Assembly (NCBI GenBank): GCA_965153285.1
Contig: OZ229114.1
From: Podarcis tiliguerta
Taxonomy: Eukaryota
Length of the DNA stretch: 64,000 bases
Strand: one strand, 5' to 3'
Each line of letters starts with the position of its first letter. The first letter of the stretch is position 1. Positions 49,273-61,033 of the stretch are shown here, piece by piece. The notes under the pieces were generated by a model that was given only the letters and a program-made list of their open reading frames with translations, searched no databases and was not told the origin of the DNA. The position numbers and the translations under genes were made by a program.

Positions 49273-52200
49273 GTAAAGAGAGAAAAGTACATTGGTTCTT
49301 TCTGTTTTCTTTTTAAAAAATCTGCATTCAAGGGCATTTTTTTTAATGGAGCTAAAATATAAACTTGGCAGCATTGCTAGTGCACACAGATTGGCACACT
49401 GAGGTGCTGCGTGTCATTCTTGAGTGCTGTCGGGTGATTCTGAGGGACAAAATCTTGTTCTTATTGCAAGAAGGCATGCAGCTATATCCTGAAGTCATTG
49501 AGGAATGCCATGTTTGATTATTTGAAGTCGGGGAAAGATGTTCAATTTGGAATTGAGGCAAAAGTTCACGACTTCAGAACTATGACTCATAGCTGAATTT
49601 ACTTCCCTGGTATCTAAGGAATGTGGCTTTCTGGCAGGCAGCATCCTACTTTCTGGTCCTGCCATCCCAGGCACATTGTATGCTGGATGGATGCTAAAGG
49701 AGGGTTGTCATATTTCAAAAAGTTAAAACCAGGGCACTCCGAAAGTTGCCCTATGCTAAATTTAATAACTGCCGGCACTTTGAATCTTACCATTTTAATA
49801 TTGGGTACTTGGGACCCTTTCAATTGCCTCCCTCCTCTTCTGATGTAGGAGGCTAGCCCTTTCCACTCTTCTTCTCATTTGCCTTGGGAGAAAATGGCTT
49901 GGCTTCTTCCCTTTCAGGAGTAACCTACTCCTACAAGAGACCATTGTTTCAGCCTTACAGAATACGAATTCATCAACAGTCAGGCCTGTCTTTCAAACTG
50001 GAACACACCATTTCAGTTATTATTAAATATTTATGTCCTGCGCTCTGATAAAATGGAAATAGAAATAAAATTTAAATAGATAAATAGATAAAACTGAAAT
50101 AAATTCAATTCTTACCTTTTAATAGTTTCTCAGGGGCTTGTTTATCCTGCTTGTATTCACAGTGGCATTTGCCATCAATGAAACCCTAATGTGCTTGGTT
50201 GGTTTTGTTTTTCCATAAAGTTCTCTAATCTCCTTTTCCTTTCCTGGTGATTCATTGATCCCCAAGGCAAAACAGTGCCCTGGTTCACACAACACGCTAA
50301 GCCAAACCTTGGTTTAGCAAGACAGTGTGGGTTCTGGGAGAGGCTGTTTTGCTGCTCTGCCACACTGCACGAAGCCAAGGTTTGGCATAGCATGTGATCT
50401 GAACTAGGACTTGTGGTTGAGCTCTTTCTTCACTAAACACAAGAGGGGCTTCCCTGTCCTGTATTTTACGAATCCTCTCTGTGCTGTGGTTTAACTGATT
50501 TAGTATACCTGCCAAAAAGATGGTTATAAATCTCTCTCATTCTGAGCCTGCACTGAGATTTGCATTGCCACTGATCTTTAGAGCTGTCACTGTTTTCCAA
50601 TTGCCAGCTCCCTGTAGTGAATGACTCCCATTCGATTTAACAGAAATTTGTGCACTTGATATTGTGCAGTCTGTGTCTCCTGCTTTCATTCTGTGGCTTG
50701 CCTGACACTTCAGCCTTCCCATCTTTACAAGAATCCTTTTTCTCTCACAATTGGGATTGGTGACCTTGTGTATTTACTGCAGACTCCTTTGATACTTGCC
50801 CAAATTTTATTCCAACTGCTTATATCTCTGTGGTTCTTGAGACACATCCCAGTTCCCCAAGTGTTGAGCAGAAGGCTAGGATCCTAGGACCACAGGCACC
50901 CCAAGTAATGGGATTTCACAGCTAGAGCTGAGGATAGCTTCTGTTTGGGTTCTTTGTTTTGCTGTTCAGGAAACTACTCTGCCTTTTTGGCCACTGTAGA
51001 TGTTCCAGATTTGCACAGGGCGAGCTTTTAAAAGTGCCCTGAATTATTTGCATGGATGCAAACCCTTTCAAATGGGCCATGAAACAACCAGCATTTGGCA
51101 AGGAGGCAATTCTTAGAAATGCAATCAGCCCATGTGTATGTAGCTCATCTGTGCATGTCTTCCCCATAAAAAAGAGATAGAAAGTAGAGGACCAATGTGA
51201 AATGAGCTCTTAAAGCTGGAGCAGGTGGGGGGTGGGGAGGACTTGAAGGTCGGTATGCAAAGCTACTCAAATCTGTTTTGTGCAGAATGCCGTGAGAAAT
51301 GCTCTGCTAATCTACACAAGAGATGAAACCATAGGAACATAAATCAACATTAAAGCTTCAAAAGATGAGCTTACCTCCAGAGAGAGATCTGTGCTCATCT
51401 GTCTCTGTGACCCTATCTCCACCTCATTTCTTTCTTTCTTCTTTCTTTTTTAAAAAGCAGCTTCTCTCTATCACCAGCATCTAAAATTGCTTTTTAGACC
51501 CCCAGGCCCTGAGCTCCCAATGACCTTAAAGCTATGCTAGGGACACTCTGCACAGTCCCATCTGGAAGTCCCTCTTCCTGCAGAGGCCATACCAGCACAG
51601 CTCTAGAGTTACATTCTGGAAGGTTAGAAGGAGGTGGATCGGAAGTGGAGTAATCTGGGCCTGTCAGCTGCAGAGGATCATGTTACAAAGCCAAATGGAG
51701 CCTGTGCGCCTCTGGGTGCTTGGGAAAGGAATTGATTGATAGCAATCGCCTTTCAAAGTGTGAAGATGCCTCAGCAGAGCAGAGGGAAGGGAGAGGCCGT
51801 GCCTTGCTTGCCAGCCTCTCAGACTTCAGAAGGAGGACTCAAGGGGCTTCTCCCCTTTTGCAGCTTGCTTAATCCTTTTAGGGGCTCACCCAGACACATC
51901 TAATTTGGGAGATACAGAGCTATTTCAGGTGCCCATCATCCAGATGTCCAGGTTCTGCCCCCCTCCCCCCGCAAGCATAAATAACTGATAGGGAGATGTG
52001 TCCATTTTTATTTTTTAAATTTCTATACCACTTTATATTTTAAAGAAAAATCACACAGAGGTTTACATCATATTAAATCAATAAAACAATCTTAAGAAAG
52101 TCAAATATAGAGTATACAGTCAAAGCAACAAAACAGAAAACTAAAATATTATCTTAAAGATTTCAAAATAAAACATTAGAAAGGAGGTCAACTACAGAAT

Positions 52201-53693
52201 ACGTATTTAACATCTCCAGCTGTTTTTAGACTCCAGTTCCCATCATCCCCGACCACTGGTCCTGATAGCTAGGGATGATGGGAACTGTAGTCCAAAAACA
52301 GCTAGAGATCTAAGTTTGGGAACCCTGGTCTACACAGTCCCCACCGCTGGTTCCTGTGAATAATGGAGGCATCCATGGAAAATGGTCCTGCCTATTTCAA
52401 GTCATTTCCCATCCTTTTAAGAATCCAACCAAGAATCTGGTCCACTCCAGGAAGCTAAGCTAACATCTGGACATGCACTTAAGAGTAATTTCTTCCAAAA
52501 TACTCTTTTCCTTTTATCTCCAAACCCTTTTCAAGACACTGAAAAATCCCCCGGGCCAGAGTGGCATTCTGTCAATAGGTGTTCTGTTAAGATCTTAGAT
52601 CTGAGGATGAGTGTTGCTGCTCTCCTGCCAGGCCTCTGCTTTGTTGAGCCTCTGTGTGTTCTATATAGCCTCAAAGCATTTCAGAAAGCACACACATTTT
52701 CTCCTGCATGGAGAGTTAAAGGCTTTAATCCCTCGCCTTATAGACAGATTAGCAGCCACTTTGCATTCATAGATTGCTGAGTGGATTCAAAATTACATAA
52801 CCACTTGTTTGGTTTACTAAAACGTAGCCATAGTGAAATAGTCCTGTTGCTGTTCTTTGGCAAAGGGCAAGCTGCCTCTTCCTCTCCCTGGAGGTGGTCT
52901 TGCCCAGCTGATGGTCTAGCTTGATCAGTTCCAAGTCTGCTCCATCGTGATGTTGTCCCCCAGGGCTGTCATATATTAAGTCAGGTGTGGGGCAAGTAAA
53001 ATGACTGGCCAAAGGGAGTTTGCAGGTGCTGCTGATTGGCAGCAGCTACAAAGCCCATGGTGCAGTGTTTTGCAAGTGCTGCCAATCTGTATGCAAAGCT
53101 GAGCAGATACCACTGTCTCATTCCAGTTCCTTCTAGCACTTCCTCTGGCGGCACATCCTCAAGTGCCATAACAGCTATTCTCCAGCAGCACATTGGTCAG
53201 CCTGCTGCAGAATTCCTTTTCAGAGCACTTGTTATCCCACAAAATGATCCAGGTGTTGGCTCCTTGCATGCAGACAGGGCTGTATGCCTCCAGCTTGGTC
53301 ATACACCCCAATTGGGGTTCCACCCCTTCATAACAGATGGTTGTTGCTATATTGCACTCTTGGTGTTAAATATGGATTTCTGTAAGCTACGTGCGGTGGG
53401 CTGTTGAAGAAATGATTCTGCATCTGAAATGAAAGCTCAGCATCAGAACTGCTCTGTTTTCAGGGGAGTGCAGCCTGGAGGAAGGTTGTAGAATAGGGGT
53501 AGCCAAGGCACTGCTCTCTAGATGTTATAGCTCCCAACACCATTGGCCATATTAGCTGGGGCTGATGGGAGTTGTAGTCTACAGCATCTGGAGGTACCAC
53601 ATTGGCTGTCCTGCTGTAGTGGGTCTGGAGTGTGTTAAATGTGATTATAACTCTCTCCCTCTTTCTCTCCCTCTCCCTCATATTTCCACCAAG

Positions 53694-53950
53694 GTTTCAG
53701 AGACAGATGTCTGAACCTTGCCACCCATATCCTCAGCCAGGACTTTCTGGGGACAATCGCCCTGTCTACCACAGGCAGATGTCAGAGCCTATTGTTCCAG
53801 CAGCTGCCCATCCTCCTCAGGGATTCAAGCAGGAATACCACGACCCGCTCTATGATCACGGGGTCCCAGGCATTCCAGGGCCCCCAAGGCATGGGTTCCA
53901 GTCTCCAATGGGAATCAAGCAAGAGCCCCGGGACTACTGCATTGATTCAG
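53694..53950 (+). CDS. ETV5: ETV5 exon 8
   Basis: ccaag|G...TCAG|gtgagt; 257 nt; [16 protein letters not shown]...[11 protein letters not shown]...[10 protein letters not shown]...[12 protein letters not shown], with SUMO consensus sites FKQE and IKQE. Confidence 0.96.
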
Positions 53951-54062
53951 GTGAGTCAATTCACTTGAATCCCTCTTAGCCACATGCAAAGGCTGGCTTG
54001 TTCCCACTGCATCTTATCAAGCACATAAAGTAGCCTCAGTGAACAGTAGTCGCTCTGTAGCC

Positions 54063-54201
54063 CAGGAATGGGGGAAGCTGTGGCTTTCCAGATGTTGTTG
54101 GACTTCTGTCTTCCACCATCCCTGACCATTGGCCTTGCTAGCTGGGGCTGATGGGAGCTGGAGTCCCACAACACCTGGAGAACCACAGGTTCCTTATCCT
54201 G
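54063..54201. mobile_element. Palindromic hAT MITE, family B
   Basis: Core CAGATGTTGTTGGACT...CCATCCCTGACCATTGGCC...GATGGGAG; flanks CTGTAGCC / CTGCAGCC. Further degenerate copies near 7870, 12733, 17890, 25430, 27460, 28995, 42885, 52210, 53496, 55848, 56740, 57880, 57987 and 59028. Confidence 0.8.
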
Positions 54202-54379
54202 CTGCAGCCAGTGGTCCAATCTTCAGGCAGTCCTTGGAGTATGAAATAAATCCTGTTGTGCTTGTTGGATCACCCAACAGTTTGGAGAATACATCCTCCC
54301 TTGGCAACAATGCAGGCACCGGTGAGCCCTTGCGTGGTTATGAGAGATGTCTCACCTACAGTATGCATTTGTTCTAGAC

Positions 54380-54517
54380 CCGTGGTTCTCAACTTGTGGG
54401 TCCCCAGATGTTGTTGGACTACAACTCCCATCATCCCTGAGCTCTGGCCTTGCTAGCTAGGGGTGATGTGAGTTGTAGTCCAACAACATCTGGGGACCCA
54501 CAGATTGAGAAAGGCTG
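54380..54517. mobile_element. Palindromic hAT MITE, family B
   Basis: Long inverted arms; perfect TSD TTCTAGAC (54372-54379, 54518-54525). Confidence 0.88.
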
Positions 54518-56647
54518 TTCTAGACATTCCACCAGGCTCTTCCCATGTTTTGCCTGATAAGTTTTCTAAAACCCCACCCCTTTTTCCTGTTCCTTTAAAG
54601 CTCCACTGTTTTCTTCACATTCTAGCAAAGGGAGAGGGTGGAGCAGCTGTCTATTGTGGCAGTGTTTAACCTACTTAGAATGTTAGATTATCTCTTTCTG
54701 GCTTTTGGGGGGGGGGACAAATGTTAAAATCAGGCATTCAACAGATGTAGCAGAGAAACTAAGCTTCCATAATCTGAAAGGCATTACTGGTGCGGGAAGT
54801 GGAGCAGGGAAGAGAAGGCAGCTTTTCACCTTTCTCTGCAGCAGCTCTTTGTCTCCCCATCTTCTCTCTGGCAGCTCTAGTGTTAAGCAACCGGCTCCAT
54901 GGAACAGCTATGATGAACCTGCAGCTGAGCACTCACCTTGGGACATGCAGGGGGGGAAGGAGGAGGGGGTGCCTGATCACTTTAGATTGTGCAGCTGCTG
55001 TTGGTGCAGGGCCCACTACATATCTGCAAATCGCCTTAGGCCTAAAAATACTGTGACCTCTTGGAGGCAGAGTGGAACAGATGGGGAAAGATCTAAAGTT
55101 AAAGGCTCCCCCCCCCCCGTCCTCTTTCTCTGCTTCTCACGTGCTATCAGAGGGAATGCAAAATATTAAGCTTGACTTTTTCAGTGTGTCCAACCTCTCC
55201 TGCAGGTTCATTAAGTTATTTTCTCACATGCTCTTGGAAAGGCTTTGCCTTCTCGGGAGAGACAGCTGCTGCAGCAAAGGGGATTGTATTACAGCTTCCA
55301 GGAACAATATGATGTACCTGATTTTTCAAGGGATCGTATTATTGCCCACATCTCCTATTTAGCTGTTGATTCATCTTGTCTCTTGATGCCAAATCCCAGT
55401 AGGTGAAAAAAAAATTTTATAGATGGATGGCAGAAGCGTAGAAATAGTTTGCATCTGAAGTCCAGCCTCTCAGATGAGGGGAAATTCATGGAATGGGCTG
55501 TAGCTGAGCAGCAAAGCACCTGCTGTGTGTGCAAAGGTCATGGGTTCAATCCCTGCCATCTTCAGTTAAAAGAGTCAGTTGCAGGTGATGGGAAATGGCC
55601 TCTACCTCAGATTCTAGAGAGCCACTAGCAGGGAGTGTAGACGGGACTGGACCGTATGCTCAGGTTTCTTTTCCATCACTACTTTGACTTGCCAATGTGA
55701 GTTAAATTGAAGCATCAGACCTTCAAAAATTATATATTTGTTTTTGGATAACCACATTGCCCAGTCTTCCACTTCAGAGATTGCTTCTGGACTACCATTT
55801 GTGGCACAATGGGTTTACCTATGTAGTCTGTGTGCCAACCTTAAAACCAGTGTTGGGGAACCTGTCGCTCTCCAGATGTCATTGGACTCCCAACTTCCAT
55901 CGGCCCCAGCCAGCGTGTCCCAACCATCAGGAATTATGGGGTTTGCACTCCAGCATTGTCTGGAGGGCTCCAGGTTTCCCATCCATGAATCACTTTAGCC
56001 TATAGGATCTTGGCACACAGAAATGCGAATCTTGCCATGCATCTACAGTTGATTGTTGGGGCCAGGCAAAACGGGCTTCACCACATGGCTGGATTCTGCA
56101 GATAACCAGGGTCTCCACTTGGTGAGTTTTGCAGCAGCCTCTGTGGCACAGACTGTTATCTGAATCCAGCCGTGGAGAATTTTCACAGCACCTCCTTCTG
56201 TTTGTGGGGTTTGCAGACGTGTAGAAATTGGATGCATAATAATTTGTGCATGGTTTCCGCCTGATTTTAAATCCCACCTGGGCCCACTCCAAGGTACATT
56301 TAGAAAGCCCTTGGAAAGCCTTGCAGTGCAACACTATATATTTTTACTTGGAAACAAGTCTCGTGGTTGTCAGTAGGGCTTGCAGCCTTCAAAAGTAATG
56401 GTGCAGAAATACATTTCTTTCCGATCTGGACGGAGGATGTACTCTGCGAAACATTCAGGGAAGCATTACTGGAGAATCGTAAAAATAAATGCCGGATTTC
56501 CGAGAAACTGTCAAGTGGAATCTTGCAAACCTAGACATTGGTGCACTGGGGATTTTCTTCATTGGTCTGTCAACTGTTCAACCTGGAGAAGAAGTGAAGT
56601 GTGTTCAGTTCAGGGTGGTGTTAACCCCAATTCCATCTTTATTTCAG

Positions 56648-56716
56648 AAGTGCCTAACTGTCAATCAGCATATGTAAGAGGAGGAGGAGGAGGCTACTTC
56701 CCCAACAGCCATGATG
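56648..56716 (+). CDS. ETV5: ETV5 exon 9
   Basis: ttcag|AA...GATG|gtaagt; 69 nt; EVPNCQSAYVRGGGGGYFPNSHD(G). Confidence 0.95.
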
Positions 56717-57214
56717 GTAAGTGGGGAGTCAGGATGTACAACAACCTTCACAAACTTTGTGCCGCCCATAAATTTTGGACTACAAGTCCCATCAGGTGCA
56801 GCCAGCATGCTGCCTGCACCTGATGGGACTTGTAGTCCAAAACATCTGGACAGCACCAGGTTGACCAAGGCTGAGTTACATGTATATGCTTATGTATGTC
56901 TATGCACATATGAGGTAAAATGGAAAGGAATGTAGATGTGATTATTCCAGCAGGAAGTGAAAGGGAAACACCTTCTCCCATGAAACCAGAAGTGCTGGCT
57001 TACATGCCTCTGCTTAGAGGCCCTTTTGCTGTAACATAAGAGACGACGTTAAGGGAATTGGTGCCAGGAAATTTAATAATAGCACGACACTTCAAGCATT
57101 TTTACAGAGCTTAAGGGTGTTGAGAGGTCTTTATTTCTGTGATCCTTACAGCAGCCTAGGGCTATATGATGGGGGAGGCAAGGCTGCAAGAGATTGGCTT
57201 GCCTAAGACCACTT

Positions 57215-57405
57215 GTTCATTTTTGTTTATCGTGTTTCCATCTTGCTGTCGTCAAAGGAGCTCAAGGTGGTGTCTACATGATCCCCTCTCCCTTTTAGCC
57301 TCACAACAACCCTGTGAGGTAGGTTAGGCTAAGAGTTGGCAACTGGTCCAAATGAGCATCTGAACCAAGGTCTCCCCAGTCCTTATCCAGTGCTCTAACC
57401 CTGGC
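57215..57405 (-). mobile_element. MIR/Ther1-like (CORE) SINE
   Basis: Contains CCTCACAACAACCCTGTGAGGTAGG, the reverse-strand core motif typical of MIR-family SINEs. Confidence 0.65.
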
Positions 57406-59479
57406 GCTCACCTAGTGAATTCAGAGGTTAGGTTTGAACCAGGGACTTCCTTTTGCTCTAGGCGTTTCCCTTCTTCGTCTTACTATCTCTGAGCCTGTCT
57501 TTATGGCTCTTTCCTGACTCTTCTGGTGCTGTGAAACTCACTGCCCTAATTGAGGTGTACTGATTGCTCAGCAAACTCTGGGGAAGATCAACCCACATTG
57601 AGCACTGATCGAAAAGACTGATTGTCTCAGCAACAAAATTCAGCCACGCTGAGCTTTCTTCAATCCGCTGAGTTCTGTGTTAGATCTTCACAGATAGTAA
57701 GTGCTCCTACCCACCCCTAGCAGAAAATTGGCAGTTGCCAAGAGTAAGTATGTCATCTTGCAGCTGTTAATTACGTATTTATGCCATAACTTTAAATGGA
57801 CTGGGGAAGCCAGTTTTATTCAGATTGTGATGTTATCTGCCTCCTGCTAAGTCCTCATTGTCTTGCTGTAACTCCACTCCCCCAGCCTGATGCCCTCCAG
57901 ATGTTTTGGACTAAATGTTGAGTTTGATGGGTGTTGTAGTCTAGAACATCTGGTGGGCACCAGATTGGGGAAGGTTGAGTTACCGCAGGAGTGAAGGGCC
58001 TGTAGCCTTTCAGATGGTGTTGAACTCCAGCTCCCATCTTCTCTGGCCATTGGCCATACTTGTTGGGACTGATGGGAGCTTCGCAGCATGGCCAGAAGAT
58101 TGACAGGGCTGTTTTCGGGCCTGTCAGAAATTCAATCTCTCTTTCACCCATTTCCTTCCTTGGACACAGATATGGCTCATTCCATTTTACCCACAAAGTG
58201 GTTTCTTCCTTCCTGCCCTCTCCTTTGGCACCTTAGGTGGCAATGCCAGCTGCAACCCTGGCTCTAAATACCTGACTTCAGTGGAACTTTATCTGAGCAA
58301 GAAGGGTCTCTCTCACATGTAGACAGATAACACAGGAGAGAACTATCTTTAAACTCAGTAGCTACACACTGAAGCAGCAAGCCCATTTTGGCATGGTTTG
58401 AATGGAGTGGGTCCATCTAATAATCGCTGCCCTTACAGTGACAGCCAAGGGCTCTTCCACATGTGACAAATTTCCTACATTGGCAGGAAGTTTGCATGTA
58501 TTCCGTGCTGTGTACTGAAAATGGATATCTTACTGATGAAGTACCAAGGAGGTTTGGATCTTTGCGTATGAGAACTTTGCGTATGCCACCTGTGATTGAA
58601 GCGACATAGGAAATAATTGTAATAAACAAAATCAAGTCCCAGCACACTGGCCTAGCTGATAAATGTGGCAAAACAGATCCAGGTGTATTTGTCACATTTT
58701 TAAAGCGGTTTGCACATACACACAAATCATATTTGTGTGAAGTGTTCCTTCATGTCACATTAACTGCGATAAAGACCATAGCTGGAAGGATAGTGGATCT
58801 ATAGGCCATGCTTTAGCCAAAAGAGGGATTTCATAGCAAGTTGTTGATTATGATTTTCATAGTACAGAACTAGAGGTTACATGTCAATGAAAGATTTTGC
58901 TTTCAAACCAGTTTCCAAATAAGGCATGTAACATTTCTGTAACCTCCAGGATCGGATCCTTTAAACTGCTTCTTGGATCTGTATAGAGGAGGCAACCTAA
59001 ACAGGATCCCTCCCTCCCTCTCTAGTCCAGGGATAGGAAACATGGAGGCCTCTCAGATGTTGGACTACAACTCCCATCACCCTGACGATTGGCCATGCTG
59101 GATAGGACCAATGGGGAGCTGGAGGTCCAACAGCCTTCCCATCCCTGTTCTAGTCAGTTTGCAAGTGTTCTGGCAAGGCAGGGGGTGGATCCGGTTCCAC
59201 ATCGCCTCACTTGAACTGGCAAAGCACTTGCAAGTTGATCAAAGGGGGTGGGTGGGTGGAGAGGCCAGTATCATCAGTGAGCAAAATGGGCAAAGCCTGG
59301 CTCGTCCTCCAGGCCTTACCCAGCATAAAGCCAGTCCCCCATCTCTCAGCTCCTTGGAGGAAAAGTGGGATATAAATGTAGTTAAGTAAATAAATAAAAA
59401 TTCAGCCACTGGTGTTTGTTTGTTAAAATTGTTGACTAGTGGAAATGGCTATAAGTAGGAAAATAAAGTGAAAGTGTTT

Positions 59480-59526
59480 TGCTGCTGCCGCTGCCGCTGC
59501 TGCTACTGCTACTGCTGCTGCTGCTG
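59480..59526 (+). repeat. Interrupted (CTG)n trinucleotide repeat, intronic
   Basis: TGCTGCTGCCGCTGCCGCTGCTGCTACTGCTACTGCTGCTGCTGCTG. Confidence 0.85.
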
Positions 59527-60260
59527 CGTATCCCTCCCTCTGTTGCAAATGCACAGCTATCCTGCAGTCTGTGCTGAACTGGAACTGGACCCACAAGAGT
59601 CGTAACAGGGAAGCTGATCCATGGACACGGAAATCTGTTGACAGCTTTAAAGTGATATGATGAAATGCAGTGTAGACATTTGGTGAGACTTAACCAATGC
59701 AGTTGGAGCACATGGGAAGGTTCTTTCTTTTTTTAAAGCAGTTTAAACTGCTTAAGAGTTTGGTCAGATCCTTAGAGGTTGGTGAGATCCAATCAATTAG
59801 GATAAAAAGCAACCCTAGGAAGTTCTTAGATTTTTTGTTTTTTACGGTGTTCTTGAGTGCCACACATGCTGATACTCTTGCAAGCAACATTGGGGTGCTT
59901 CTGCCCAGACCCCCATGCTTGTCCTAGCCAGTCTAAATGCTGGCCTGGGGATGGGGAGAGGCAATGCGGGTGACAGAGTTCAAGTGAAGGACTGCAGTGC
60001 AAGAAAACCAGCTTCTCAGTACTTTGTTTGCAGTACTCTTTGCTCCACTTGCGGTTTAGCACTTCTGTGTGAAACCAACTATGTGGGAACTTTCTGTCTG
60101 GACAAGCCCATGGAGTTGGCAGAAGCAGCAGCTGGCACATTTGCAAATAAGCATTTCAAGGCCTTACCTGTTGCTTTTAATGAATGGCTGAGTAGCTGCC
60201 ATTGCTGCCAACAAGCAATGCAATGAAGCGAATCAAACCGTCCAGGAAGGAACAGCTTAA

Positions 60261-60284
60261 GTGTGTGTGTGTGTGTGTGTGTGT
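60261..60284 (+). repeat. (GT)12 microsatellite ~60 nt upstream of the exon 10 acceptor
   Basis: Direct count. Confidence 0.95.
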
Positions 60285-60347
60285 TCAAGTGCAATACATT
60301 GCAGAGAATTTGTGGTGAGCTAATAGATGTGAATTTTATCTTCCTAG

Positions 60348-60416
60348 GATTCCCCTATGAGAAAGATGCCCGGCTCTACTTTGATGACACCTGTGTTGTA
60401 CCAGAGAGGATGGAAG
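60348..60416 (+). CDS. ETV5: ETV5 exon 10
   Basis: ctag|GA...GAAG|gtaaag; 69 nt; GFPYEKDARLYFDDTCVVPERME. Confidence 0.96.
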
Positions 60417-60863
60417 GTAAAGGACTGTCCGCTTAGGTTTGTCTGGGGTGAAGAGATTTTGCAGAACTCTAGAGAGGTCAGAATTGGCCACTAATTAGCC
60501 AATTCACCCATGGGCTTCAATAAGATCTACCTCGTTTGTGCTGAATATTATGGGGAAATTTGCTGCAAGACATAGGGCTCCAGGATTGGAGCTAAGTACC
60601 AATCAATTGGATGCTAAAGCCTATGAAGGAAGTGCTGCCAGCCAGGTGCCGAGTTGCTTTCACATTCAGCTGCCTATATAGCATATTGCTTCATGGGGAG
60701 AGGAGTAAAAAAAAAGAAGCATCCGCAGCCAGATGTGTAGCCACTTCCTCGCTCACCTGGCTTCTGTCAGACATCCAGAAGTTAATGGAAACTGCAGCAG
60801 GGGATAGGTTGAGCACTTGGGATGTCAGTTCTAACTGGTGTGCGTTTCCGTTGTTGGGAACAG

Positions 60864-61033
60864 GTAAAGTGAAGCAAGAACCCACAGTATATCGTGAAGG
60901 ACCTCCATACCAGAGGCGAGGGTCACTCCAGCTGTGGCAGTTCCTCGTCACACTCCTCGATGACCCAGCCAATGCTCACTTCATCGCCTGGACTGGCAGG
61001 GGCATGGAGTTCAAGCTGATTGAGCCAGAAGAG
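60864..61033 (+). CDS. ETV5: ETV5 exon 11 (start of the ETS DNA-binding domain); gene continues past the window
   Basis: acag|GT...GAG|gtaaaa; 170 nt; [57 protein letters not shown]. The next ETS exon (VARRWG...) was not found before 64000. Confidence 0.97.

Noticed and set aside
59436-59711. Poly-Ser ORF over the CTG repeat
   Set aside because: Intronic, interrupted microsatellite with no splice or coding support.
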